A stretch of DNA of 64,000 nucleotides from Octopus sinensis (Eukaryota), in contig NC_043005.1 in NCBI RefSeq assembly GCF_006345805.1, forward strand, positions 95,852,001 to 95,916,000, written 5' to 3'. How positions within the stretch are numbered: position 1 is the stretch's first letter; the number at the start of each line of letters is the position of its first letter. This document shows positions 41,973 to 53,949 of this stretch, one piece after another. The translations under genes and the position numbers were made by a program. The notes under the pieces were generated by a model. The model ran no database searches. It was not told where the DNA came from and saw only the letters and a list, made by a program, of their open reading frames with translations.

Positions 41973-42758
41973 TCATCTACTCAAGTAAGTTGATGTAGAG
42001 TATTCCCTTCCGCCCAAATTCTCTTTGATATCCTTAACAAGCTTAAAAGTACAAATTGTTGTAACTACTTGTAAAGAAATCAAGACCAAAATTATGTCTA
42101 CAAGCAATGTCACCTGGTTTTTTTTGAGTTTTAAAAAAACTTCAATACAACCAGGGCGGGATTTGGGAGGCTTTTTAGAAGGACAGTCATATGTGAGGAG
42201 ATCAGGATCATAGCAACACGATTTTGGGTAATGATCCTCACCAAAAACATCTGCATAAAAGTCATAATCAAATGAGTTCAATACTCCGCAACACAGTAGG
42301 GAGCTTTCGACATGTGCCATTACTTGCATAAATTCATTTGTGGTATTTGGGAGGCTGAATAATGAAATTGATAGCTTTTCTATCCATTGATCGGATATAT
42401 CATTTAAATCATTATAGAAATATAAATGTGTAACTACCAAAAAGCCAGAATCACACATGAAAATCAAACAGCTTAAGGTCAATTCCCATTTTAATAAATG
42501 TAAACTTGTTTTCATACATCCTGCAACACCTATGACACATATTACAAGTGTTATAAGACATATCACCACCGTAAAGTAACTCTGTATTATTTCAACGTTC
42601 AGGTATAATGATATATATGTCTCTTTGAGTGCTGACAGTAAAAGAGTAATTGGATAGCTGGTGGTATATACAACAGCGCCTACAACAACTAACAGTAATG
42701 CAAAATATATTGCCATTACATTTGACACTATGCAGGTTATCTTAAAACACTTAAACAT
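41973..42758 (-). CDS. Tetraspanin, single coding exon, 261 aa
   Basis: Four hydrophobic segments; large loop with CCG, PKSCC, C and GC (six Cys); uninterrupted ORF; AATAAA about 33 nt after the stop (41935-41940, minus strand). Confidence 0.9.
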   Translation of the reverse strand: MFKCFKITCIVSNVMAIYFALLLVVVGAVVYTTSYPITLLLSALKETYISLYLNVEIIQSYFTVVICLITLVICVIGVAGCMKTSLHLLKWELTLSCLIFMCDSGFLVVTHLYFYNDLNDISDQWIEKLSISLFSLPNTTNEFMQVMAHVESSLLCCGVLNSFDYDFYADVFGEDHYPKSCCYDPDLLTYDCPSKKPPKSRPGCIEVFLKLKKNQVTLLVDIILVLISLQVVTTICTFKLVKDIKENLGGREYSTSTYLSR

Positions 42759-43722
42759 CTTCAGTATAGTTTCTTCCTTGGCAAAAAGATTATATATATT
42801 TATATATAAACGTATATATAATATGCATGTATATATGTATTACCTCAAATTAGAGAGACAAGAATACACGTCTTCAATTCTGTATCCATTATATTTTTCT
42901 CTTTTTTAGCCTTTCTTGTACTTTTTTTTTTTTTAATTACTGTTATCACTCAAAACTTTAGATTCTGTGCTGTTTCATTCGATAATGCATTTATTTTTAT
43001 TGTGCCCTTCTTTGATTGTTGTTGTTCTTCGTTTTATGTTTCCACGCTTTTTTCAGTCCGATTCCGTCTGCTATTTGTTTTGTTGTCTCCTCTTTTATTT
43101 GTAATCCTACTTGGATCCTGTGTGTAATTTATATTTATGTATATATCTTGTATAAATACATGTGTGTGCATGTATATAAGTATACATGTATGTCCTGCGT
43201 ATGACTTTGAAATGCACCCAGTAGTACGGCACTAGTTCGGAAGTTTCAGGGTTTTAAGTTGAAATCACCTTTTAACTACTATTGTTCTTAGGTGTACTCT
43301 AACCTGTCAGAGCCCTAGCTATGGGTTAGCAGGTGTATTGACAACTGGGAGTGAAGAACCGTTAGAACTTTCTTCTAGGAGAAGGTAAATACGTATAAAA
43401 TCCTGAAGTGATGATTGCACTGAAATATGGTTTCTGTGCCGTGTAGAAACTTCTTGGACTCTTTATTATAAGAAATGGTTTTGCACGTTTTCGTTTAAAA
43501 CAGATTAACGTAATGTGACGTGGGCTTTTCAAACAATCTACCTTATTGAAATGAGGTCTACTTGAAACGCAATATCGAATTATTGATCGCTGATAATCGA
43601 TGATTCGTTCATTCATTCATCGAGTGTTACAGTTAAAAAATAATATCAGCGCATTTGAATACCGGAAACAACGGCAAACGCCAAACTTCTCGTTACTATT
43701 CTACACAGTTAAGCGTTTCATC

Positions 43723-44864
43723 TATAAAAATAGGATCACATGTGGTCGTATCGTGTAGGAATACAATCGCACGCGATCCCATTCTTAATGAAATATTACA
43801 GACCATATAATACATACAGTAACGATTGAACATAAGTGAATTGACAACAGGATTTCTTTTTGATTTATATACATTATTTATTTTACATATTTTACAACCA
43901 TGTTGGTTGGAAGTTTATATAAGTGTTAGCATGTTTTTGTGTCTGTGTGTTCGTGAGGCATAAAAGGTACTGACCAGAGAAATAACAATGGAATTTGGTT
44001 CACAGTTCATGTTGTTGGTATCAGCCTAGCAACAGGTAGTAGCAGATGGCTTAAGGTAGTTCTTAGAAGAACTAGAACTCAAGACAGATAATTGATTTAC
44101 CGTTTATGGGGTATACGGAGGGTAAGAATTCCATATCAAGATGTTGCGTCTCGTAGTTGAGATTAATTGAATCACTTGTGTTTATCTTTCTCTTGATATG
44201 AATATACTTCCAGATGTGTTAACTGTAGCCGTTTTTCTCGTGGTGAGATTTTCACCTAATCGCTATAGTTGAATCTGTAGTTGTCTTGTGTACAAATTAA
44301 ACCTTAGTAGATAGAGACGATGTTTGGCGATGAGTTGTGTCTGTCGCTTGGTTTTTGCTGCGTCTTCATTATATATTCTGCTTGGTTATTTTTCTCTAGT
44401 TATAGATATCCTGTAACCGTTCTTTTCGTGGTGATATTTTCACACTAACAGTATGAGAGGAATCTGTAACATCTTGTGTTAATGGTGGTCGCCTGCCTTT
44501 CGAACTGGAACATGGTCGAGTATGCTCTGTGTGGTCAGAGGTTCGCCCTGAGAAGGACTTGAACCAAAGACGGATATTTGTCTGAGAACCCTTCTTTATA
44601 TAAGGTTTATGAGGCTCAAAACAAACTTCAGAAATGGAAAGCTGTGATTGGCTGCTTGGAACAATGGCGCGAAAATAAGCGGAGGCAAATCGCGTCACGT
44701 GACAACCAGCGGTGCGAACGTAGTAGAGACCACGTGTCAGCCAATCGAATTAGTGTTTACAACAATGTTAAACTAGCCGAAGATGTTTGTAATCTCGAAC
44801 GAGATTATTCTTAATACTCTTCTCAAACAGTGAAGATAGGAATGAAGGTAACGATATTGCTACA
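43723..44864 (-). mobile_element. Solo LTR, diverged relative of the 46761 element
   Basis: Both ends align with the 46761/49748 LTRs; 4-bp target duplication CATC on both sides. Confidence 0.75.
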
Positions 44865-44960
44865 CATCCTTGAATCGGTTCTTCCTTTTTTTTCTACGTA
44901 TGAGTGTATGTACGTATGTGTGTGTGTGTGTGTGTGTATGCATGTAAATATGTATGTATG

Positions 44961-44994
<34 letters not shown>

Positions 44995-45015
44995 TGTTTG
45001 TATGTATGTATGTAT

Positions 45016-45460
45016 GAGAGAATGTTGTAAAACTATTGCACTGGCTTCGGAGGATCTGTCATCAGAACCTCAATGAGAGCATACAGTGTGAAACGTGTGG
45101 CCGTGTACTCCTTTCTAGGATTAGGTATGTCAACCATCTGAAGTCCCAATGAAAGATCAACAATATGCAACGACATTCCTCCTAGACCGGGTGATTCGAC
45201 GGTACAGCGTGTGCAAAAAGGCTTGTAAGTCGATTTATGACCTGAAGAGACTTATGGCAATTCACAGGATCAAATCTCACAAAGTGATCCGATCAATCCA
45301 GTGAAAGTTGCAACTTTCGTCTGTCGTCTATGCTTCAAACCATACCGATCGGCTGAATAGTCATGTGAGAGGTCATGGACGGAATCTGAGAAATGTCATT
45401 GACGACAAGGAAGCTCAGAGAGATGACAATTATCTGTGAGGATAGATCAATCACCATGTA
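45016..45460 (+). mobile_element. RTE-type LINE 3' end with three decayed C2H2 fingers
   Basis: CETCGRVLLSRIRYVNHLKS, VCKKACKS..LKRLMAIH, CRLCFK..LNSHVRGH; tail shared with the 46393 fragment. Confidence 0.65.
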
Positions 45461-45539
45461 TAATTGTATTTGTGTTTGTATATATGTGTATGTATATATA
45501 CATGGGTATGTGTGTGCGCGCGCGTACATGTATGTATGT

Positions 45540-45940
45540 TCCAGATGGGAAGGGTCTTCCTATGACGCTGACATGCAATGTCTGCGAAAGACCCTGCCTC
45601 AGTAAAGCTGGACTCAAGAGTCATCTTCGTAGTCATAAAGCAAGGCAGATGAGTGACAACCTGGCCACTGGTGGTGGTGTAACACACCATACTAATCATA
45701 TCTGTCAGGCATTTGGAAGAGAGCGTGATTCGGCAGGAGGACTTAAACGACATGCAAAGGTACATGAAGCCCAGTTACAACTACAGCCGGCTGTTGGCCG
45801 GTAAAGGTTTTAACTGCCAATTCTGCACAAGACATTGTAGCTCTTTAGCTGGGCTAAAAAGTCACATTCGATCACAGCACCAATAACAGTTAAGCCTCGT
45901 GCAATGGCCATACTCGATAACGAGGGGGCAGCCATCATAA
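45540..45940 (+). mobile_element. RTE-type LINE 3' end with three C2H2 fingers
   Basis: CNVCERPCLSKAGLKSHLRSH, ICQAFG..GLKRHAKVH, CQFCTRHCSSLAGLKSHIRS. Confidence 0.65.
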
Positions 45941-46392
45941 CATGTTCTAGAAGGACGCTCTTATGTAAATCATGCAATTTCGCATGTTACTGGGTCATTT
46001 CACTTCGGCCTGTCACTAGATATTACACACGGATAGTCAGAGTGGTACTCGTGCTCTACAAGTATTTATCACTATAAACCTATAACGCACAGATGTCCTT
46101 TTTATGGTGACCTCATTTGTCATTTCATCAACTGAAAGTCTTATGGGTGTTATGTAATCATCCCAACAAACATGAACAATTAACGTTGCCCATTGTCTCC
46201 CTTGATACAAGGACATTCAGTAAGTTTCCCGCCATAACAAATACCTTGTACAACAACGGCAGTCTAATAAAGTATCTCGTATCGTTAACACGTTTTTTCA
46301 GTCTCTCTCATTTTCTTAATCTTTCATACTAAGTACTCACTACTTCTTTTAATACTCAATACATTATATATATATAACAACAACAATGGGGA

Positions 46393-46750
46393 TAGAAGAG
46401 TGGCGATGTGCGCAGACCCAACCAGTTGGGAGCGCACAGTAAAATGCACCTTCTGTCAGACATCTATGCTTCTAACCATGGAGGTCTGCAATGGGATTGA
46501 ATAGCCATCGGAGAGCTCATGCAGGGGAAGTAAGAATGGCCTTGACAATGAAGAAGTACAAGGACACCGCAATTATCTGCGAAGATAGAACAATTACCAT
46601 GTATGTATGTATGTATGTATGTATGTATGTATGTATGTATGTATGTATGTATGTATGTATGTATGTATGTATGATGTATGTATGTATGTATGTATGTATG
46701 TATGTATGTATGTATGTATGTATGTATGTATGTATGTATGTATGTATGTG
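46393..46750 (+). mobile_element. RTE-type LINE 3' tip with (ATGT)n tail
   Basis: Single decayed finger (CTFCQ...GLNSHRRAH), tail aattatctgcgaagatagaacaattaccat, then about 150 bp of ATGT repeat. Confidence 0.6.
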
Positions 46751-47792
46751 TATATATATGTGTAGCGTGGCAATTTCAGCCTTTTTGGAATATGACCATA
46801 GCGATTGTTAATATCTTGACTGTGTGAAGGGCAAGGCAGAAATGATCTCGTTTGAGGTTACAACCATCTTTGGTCAACTTGTTCTTGTTCTAAACACTAA
46901 CTTGATTGGCTGATAGGTGACACGAGTGGTCTCTACGTGTTTCGCGCCACTGTTTGACATGTGACACGAGGGTCCCTACGAAGTCCGCGCCACTGATGGA
47001 CACGTGACGCGAATTGTCTCGACTTATTTCGCGTCACTGGTTGACATGTGACACGAGGGTCCCTACGAAGTCCGCGCCACTGATGGACACGTGACGCGAA
47101 TTGTCTCGACTTATTTCGCGCCATAATTGCGAATCAGCCAATCAAGACTTTCGGTTAAAATTCCATTTTCTGGAGTTCGGTGAGCCAACCGAACAGTATA
47201 TAAAGCAGGGTTTCACAGACACTTAGGTCTTGGGTTCCAGTTCTTCTAAGAACTAACTTAGGCCCCTGCTGCTCAACTTAGATATATGCGATTGTCTCTG
47301 CTACTACCTGTTGCTACGCTAATCTATACAAACACTGAAAGCCTCTCGAGTAGATTCCAGCACCTTACCCTATGAACAGTAAACTAAATGCCATTCTTAA
47401 TTCTATGTTCAGTACCTTTGGGTATGCTTCACGCCACCCGAACACACAGACACAAAACATGCTAACGCTTACGAACTCTTAGAATCCACATGATTGTAAA
47501 ATATGTAAAATAAATAATATTTATCTACCAACAGAAGACTTGTGTCAATTCACTTATGTCCTATTATCGTTTGTATGTATTTTATGGCTTTGAATAATTC
47601 GTTAAGAGTAGAATCGTATTTCCTACACGATACGACCAAGCGTGATCCTATTTCTTACACTGGTGACCCGACCCTACGCAGCCATTCGCATACACTACGC
47701 AGCCGATAATAGTACGGAAGTATTGACACAGAAGAAGCTGTAAAAGGAATATTTTTTGAAAACCAAAAACAAAATGCATATCCACAAATATA

Positions 47793-48632
47793 ATGGAGCA
47801 GGAAAAAAAAGAATGCGGAGCATCGTACTTCGACAAAAGTTACACACAAGCTTCTGTCAATGTCTTGAGTAGTCCCCCCTGGACTGGTGACACACTGATG
47901 TGGTTAACGCAACTAGAGGCAACTTTCAGAGCCAACAGAATAGCGAACGAAGAACAGAAGTACAACATCATGCTTAGTAACTTGCCGCCACCGCTAAGCA
48001 ATGAAATCAGGGATCTGTTACTGAACCCTATGGAACCGGTGTCGTATTCTTCGATTAAGGAAGAAATATTGAAGCGCACGTCTAGTTCCAAGCAAAAGGA
48101 ATTCGCGAAATTGTTTAACGGTGAAGAGCTGGGTAATAGAAAACCCACGCAGCTGTTGAGAAGGATGAACGAACTGCTGGGGAACCAGCAAATAGAGGAA
48201 TCGTACCTCAAGGAGGTATTTTTCAACAAACTGCCGCATAAAACACAAACCTTGCTCTCGGCAGTAAAAAACCAGAACTCAATCCAACAGTTGGCGGACC
48301 TAGCGGACGGTATTTTGGAGTTATCGTCCAAGGAGACTATCAGTGCGATTCCTTCAATTTCAAATGAGATACAAGAATTGAAGAAATGTTACGAGCAACA
48401 GTTCGAAGTATTGACAAAAAAAATTAAGAGCTTACAACTGGAGAGAAACAGCCGCGCCGATCAGAGAAAAAACACAAAGTGGCGCAGGAGATCGAAGAGC
48501 CCTAGCGTGAACAGAAACGCCATATGCTGGTATCACGCTAAATTCGGAGAGAATTCCTTTAAGTGCATCAAACCCTGTGCGTTCGATTTCCTTGCTAAAA
48601 AAAAGAAAATTCGGGAAACTTCTAAACCATAG
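47793..48632 (+). CDS. gag: Gag of the LTR element (279 aa)
   Basis: Open frame after the PBS; PPW...W..QLEA.F, L..EELGNRKP.QLL..M and CWYH.KFG....C..PC motifs. Confidence 0.88.
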   Translation: MEQEKKECGASYFDKSYTQASVNVLSSPPWTGDTLMWLTQLEATFRANRIANEEQKYNIMLSNLPPPLSNEIRDLLLNPMEPVSYSSIKEEILKRTSSSKQKEFAKLFNGEELGNRKPTQLLRRMNELLGNQQIEESYLKEVFFNKLPHKTQTLLSAVKNQNSIQQLADLADGILELSSKETISAIPSISNEIQELKKCYEQQFEVLTKKIKSLQLERNSRADQRKNTKWRRRSKSPSVNRNAICWYHAKFGENSFKCIKPCAFDFLAKKKKIRETSKP

Positions 48633-49447
48633 ATTGGATGCGACGAAGTCTGTGGGTAACATTGTAAAAAGTCGCGTGTTTTTCGTATACGACTTAAAAT
48701 CAAAAGAAAGATTTCTCGTGGATACAGGAGCAGCGTGTTCGATATGGCCTGTAAGGCTCTTAAAACAGAAGACCAAACCCGTGTATATGACTCTTCAAGC
48801 GGTGAATCAGTCTGAAATTCAAACGTTTGGAGAGATCAGCTTAACGCTCGACATAAATTTGCGAAGGGAATACAAATGGGTATTCATAGTAGCAGATTTA
48901 CCATATCCAATATTAGGAGCGGATTTTTTGGCGCACTACCATTTAATGGTAGATGTGAACAAACAAAAGTTAATAGATACACAAACTTCCCTAAAAATTC
49001 AGGGAATGAGATGCAGAAGAGCAACAATCAGTCCACTATATTTCATAGCGTCCGCAGAAAATAAGTACCACAAGATTTTGGAAAACTATCCACAAATCAC
49101 GAAGCAGTTAACTCTGAATACCACGTGTACGCATTCGGTGACACATCACATCATCACACAAGGACCACCGAGTTTTTCTAAGCCGAGGAGATTATCGCCG
49201 GAGAAATTGAAGGTGGCTAAGGCGGAGTTTCGGCATATGATGGATCTGGGTATAATCTGACCTTCCAGTAGTAGCTGGTCAACACCATTAGTTATGGTAA
49301 TGAAAAACCTCATCGACTGGCGACCTTGTGGAGGTTTCAGACAACTGAATGCGAAAACAAAGCCTGACAAATATCCAATACCCCACATAATGGATTTTGC
49401 GACTTCCTTGAGTGGTTGTACCATTTTTTCAAAGATAGATTTAGTCA
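48577..49447 (+). pseudogene. pol: Truncated pol: aspartic protease and start of RT
   Basis: FLVDTGA, PILGADFL, WRPCG.FRQLN, FSKIDLV, then abrupt AT-rich sequence; stop at 49258-60. Confidence 0.9.
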
Positions 49448-51799
49448 TATTTATTTATATTTTTTTTTAAAATAAGACAGATTTGATTTTTATTCATGGA
49501 TTATTTCACGGAAAAAAACAAAAAAAAAAAAAAAAAGCAAAAGAAAAACGTTATTTTTTTTCTCAGTGAAAGGAGAAAAACAATGTACGGACATGAAATG
49601 TAAGCGGAGAGACTAAATTCATGTTTTAACCTTGTAAATGCATTTGGGTATATATATAAAAAAAATAATAAATAAATTAAAAAAAAATACATATGTATAA
49701 CTAATTTCATTCGCAAAATTGTAACAATTTTTCTGGTGAGAGGCTGATGTAGCGGGGCAATTTCAGCCTTTTTGAAATATGACCATAGCGATTGTTAATA
49801 TCTTGTCTGTGTGAAGGGCAAGGTAGAAATGATCTCGTTTGAGGTTACAACCATCTTTGGTCAACTTGTTCTTGTTCTAAACACTAACTTGATTGGCTGA
49901 TAGGTGACACGAGTGGTCTCTACGTGTTTCGCGCCACTGTTTGACATGTGACACGAGGGTCCCTACGAAGTCCGCGCCACTGATGGACACGTGACGCGAA
50001 TTGCCTCGACTTATTTCGCGTCACTGGTTGACATGTGACACGAGGGTCCCTACAAAGTCCGCGCCACTGATGGACACGTGACGCGAATTGTCTCGACTTA
50101 TTTCGCGCCATAATTGCGAATCAGCCAATCAAGACTTTCGGTTAAAATTCCATTTTCTGGAGTTCGGTGAGCCAACCGAACAGTATATAAAGCAGGGTTC
50201 ACAGGCACTTAGGTCTTGGGTTCCAGTTCTTCTAAGAACTAACTTAGGCCACCTGCTCAACTTAGAGATATGCGATTGTCTCTGCTACTGCCTGTTGCTA
50301 CGCTAATCTATACAACCACTGAAAGCCTCCCGAGTAGATTCCGGCACCTTACCCTATGAACAGTAAACTAAATGCCATTCTTAATTCTATGTTCAGTACC
50401 TTTGGGTATGCTTCACGCCACCCGAACACACAGACACAAAACATGCTAACGCTTACGAACTCTTAGAATCCACATGATTGTAAAATATGTAAAATAAATA
50501 ATATTTATCTACCAACAGAAGACTTGTGTCAATTCACTTATGTCCTATTATCGTTTGTATGTATTTTATGGCTTTGAATAATTCGTTAAGAGTAGAACCG
50601 CGTGCAATCGTATTTCCTACACGATACGACCAAGCGTGATCCTATTTCTTACAAAGCTATTCGTTACACTATTCTTTCCCTTAGAGAGTTTGTCAAAAGA
50701 CAAACAAATGATAATAGGAATTATTGCAGCAATGGGCACTATGCAAAAATTGAACAACGTTCAAAACTGTGAATGCAAAGTGTGAAGTTACAGGTGCATC
50801 AGCAAGGCCAGAAAACTCATAAATATCAGGAGAGAGAATCTTAGGTGATGTGTACAAGACAGGAGGTGCCTATTCGAGTAATGCAATGTCGCTTCTGTGC
50901 AAAGAGCAGGGTCTGTGTTTTGGCTTCGAGGCAGCGTTAAGTGAGCGTGTGCATGATTCAGTTGTAACGGGAACTCGTTGCTTCTTACACTTTTGGGGTG
51001 CAACTCAGGTGCAACACAATTTCCGTTCTTTAATTTCCAGAATCTACCAGTCAAGGAACACGAACGCAACCTTAAAAGTATATATATTCTTTATTTTCTT
51101 ATTTACAGAAAGAAGTAAGGTGGTATTTTGGTATCCACTTGGTTCTGGTGTGGCAAGGCTGAACTTTAACACTTGTAAGAATCTTACAAGTTCAGCAGCA
51201 AAACAGAGCAGGTCAGATCTTAGCGTCCAGAGACAGCGGAGAAAATAGGTCTGCCACAATCTCGTATGAAGGCGTTCTGCTACTACTGCTATGCGTGTCT
51301 CTCTGTTCCCTTGTTAAGGGAACGCTGTCCCTCACCTATCAGCTAATGCCACATCAGCAATTCCTTCTTCAGTCTTCGCGCATGTCCGAGAGGGCACTTC
51401 CCTTCTGCCTTTCCAGAAGGCTCCAACCCCGCACACGCACACTGAAGAAGGACGTTCCGCACCCGCACACTGAAAATGACGTTGCGCGCGCGCACTGTTG
51501 TATAACGTCACTACACAGTAATAAATTTCGTATACATGTGCTGAAAATGATACAGCAGCGAACTTTCATTGATAGGAGCTGAGGCGAGAGAGGGTGCATT
51601 CTCAATCCATGGTATAATTGGAAAATTTCTGGTAGAAATGTGCATTGTATGGTTGGTACCTTAAACGAAGCGCAAAGACCTATACACATGTACCGGTGGT
51701 ATTCGTTACATGTGTATACGGGGTGAACATATTCCAGAGAAATGAAAACGAGTGGTCACGCATAAGGAGATGAGCACAAAAAGACAATTCCATTGATCC

Positions 51800-52170
51800 T
51801 ACAGTTCGTGAAGTCTGTGACCGCATATGTATGTCTTGCGCAGACCCGATGAACCACCAGAGAAGCCACCCAGAAAGCCCAAATTACCGGTTTTTAGCTG
51901 AGGTCAACCTCACATACACTGTCTTCTAGAAGACGTGTATAAATCACTCAGGTTTATCTAGGCACATGATCATGCACAGAGAAAATTATTGGAATGATCC
52001 AGAATAACCAATTAGCCAGAGAATTTGTATGGATATCGAATTTGCAACAAGTTCAGTAAGTTGCTGGCAGGATTCAAGAGCTTTTGCCGTTCACACAACA
52101 TATAATGTTGTGATACATTTTATTTAGTCAGTGGTGTTCAAATTCGTTTAACGAGTTGACTGCCATCATT
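51800..52170 (+). mobile_element. RTE-type LINE 3' end with three decayed C2H2 fingers
   Basis: EVCDRICMS..MNHQRSH, TCINHSGLSRHMIMH, RICNKF..LAGFKS..RSH, followed by a short tail. Confidence 0.55.
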
Positions 52171-52192
52171 TATATGTTTATGTATGTATCTG

Positions 52193-52231
<39 letters not shown>

Positions 52232-52601
52232 TGTGTGTGTTTGTGTGTGTCTATCCGTGTGTACGTTTGTGAGCTTCAAAGCGTTTATATGTACAATTAA
52301 CTATAACAATTTTGTAATTCCCAGTAATTATCGTATTCTTTTACTAGTTAAAATGAAAAATTTATTTGAAAAAGTTTTCCGTCATTTTTCTTATGTCTTC
52401 ATCTTCGGTACATATGTACAGGTCTTTGCACTTCGTTTAAGGTACCTACCACACAAGGCACATTTTCTGCCAGAAATTTCCATAGATTGAGAATGCACTC
52501 TCTCGACCCAGCTCCTATTAATGAAATACAGTATCTTCCTTTTCGGCCATATTCTCATTGATATGCTTTAATAATCTTTAAAGTACAAAATGTTAGGATT
52601 A

Positions 52602-53790
52602 CACTGGTCAACAAAATGAAACTTTTTTTAATCATCGGAGTTGCTGGTCAATTTTTGATGCTGATTACAAATCTGGAGTCCGATTTCCTGTATCAGGTCA
52701 TATTTTCATGTTAATTATACCTGCTGTTTTAACTTATTGGATACGTAAAGCATGTCTATATAAAGTATATTGAATACAAGATACGATAATTTCATGGCTT
52801 TTTAGTGTACAAAATTTTAATTATTGTGTACAAATAAGTTAGAATACACTCAAATGCATAACTTAAAATCTTTGGGATTTGAACTTTCTATGGTGTTTTG
52901 TCTCAAGTTCATCCCTGTATAACATCCAACAGTAGTCAGCTAACATTCCTGCATTCAAAAATCCTTGATATCGTTGTTCCATCGATGCAATATCTTGATG
53001 GAGGTGTTTCTCATGCTCCAAGGTGCTCCAAGGTTCTCTTTTTTGCTCCAAGGTTCTCTGCAAAAAAGTCCAGATGTGAATAAAAAAAATGGACTTTTAG
53101 TGACATCCGACCTCCCATTGCAGCGTAGGAGCCTAGAAGTTATTTCACTCCATTTCTAAACTCTAGAGATCTCTTCTTGCATAGAAAATTTTCACAGAGC
53201 CATTTGAAGGATTCCCAGGCTTTAAGCTCAATCTCATCCAGTGCTGTGAGGAAGTGGTTGTCCTTCAGGAGTTCTTTTATCTTCGGACCTATGAATACGC
53301 CCTCCTTTAGTTTTGCCTCGGTGATTTTTGGAAATTTGGCTTTCACACATTCAAAACCTTTTGAGCTTTTCCTGGCAAGTGTCTTCACGAATTATTTCAT
53401 GAGGCCAAGCTTTATGTGAAGAGGAGGAAGAACATTTTCTGGGTTTAAAAGTGGCTTACTCTGGACGCTAGAAGACATGCCACAGAAATTTTCTCGGTGA
53501 GAGTTAAATTATTTAGTTAGAGACTTGTCATTGTCGAAGGATAAAGCTGAACTATTAGCATCTCGCCTACAAGAAAAGTGTCTACTTAAGAAATATGTTT
53601 GTATTAGTCATTTCAGGAAGAGAAATAAAGATCTTACCTCATGCTTCTCTGTTGATGGACCACTTTGTTTCAGTACTAACACTGATGAGTTATTTCGCTG
53701 TTTGTTCCAAGAACATGTTCCAGCTGAATGGCGCTTATTCATTGAGTCATCAAAGAGAGGCCTCAAGGCAGTACTACTACACAACTATCC
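52602..53790. mobile_element. Rearranged Chapaev3-like (CMC) DNA transposon remnant
   Basis: CACTGGTCAACAAAA terminus at 52602. Minus strand: LPPLHIKLGLMK, KLKEGVFIGPKI, HQDI..MEQRYQG..MLADYCW. Plus strand from 53501: ELNYLVRDLSLSKDKAELLASRL...LKAVLLHN. Confidence 0.75.
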
Positions 53791-53918
53791 ATTCCCTTAG
53801 GACATTTAGTGCACATGGGAAGCAGCCAAGAAACACGCCAATGACCGCAAAAAGTGGAAAACAACTGTGGAGGCCCTATGCTCCACAAGGGGCAAAAAGG
53901 ATTAAGAAGAAGACCTAC

Positions 53919-53949
<31 letters not shown>

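Larger units (their letters stand above)
46761..50653 (+). mobile_element. Internally deleted Ty3/Gypsy LTR retrotransposon (LTRs 46761-47659 and 49748-50653)
   Basis: TGTA...TACA LTRs of about 900 bp, highly similar; PBS-like TGGTGACCCG at 47661; purine tract before the 3' LTR; no matching target duplication. Confidence 0.95.

Noticed and set aside
45436-45880. C2H2 fingers as a host zinc-finger gene
   Set aside because: No TGEKP linkers, stops and frameshifts present, and LINE-type 3' tails follow directly.
50788-51560. Cys-containing ORFs and GC-rich stretch as a transposase or gene
   Set aside because: No recognisable motif or terminal structure; left unassigned.
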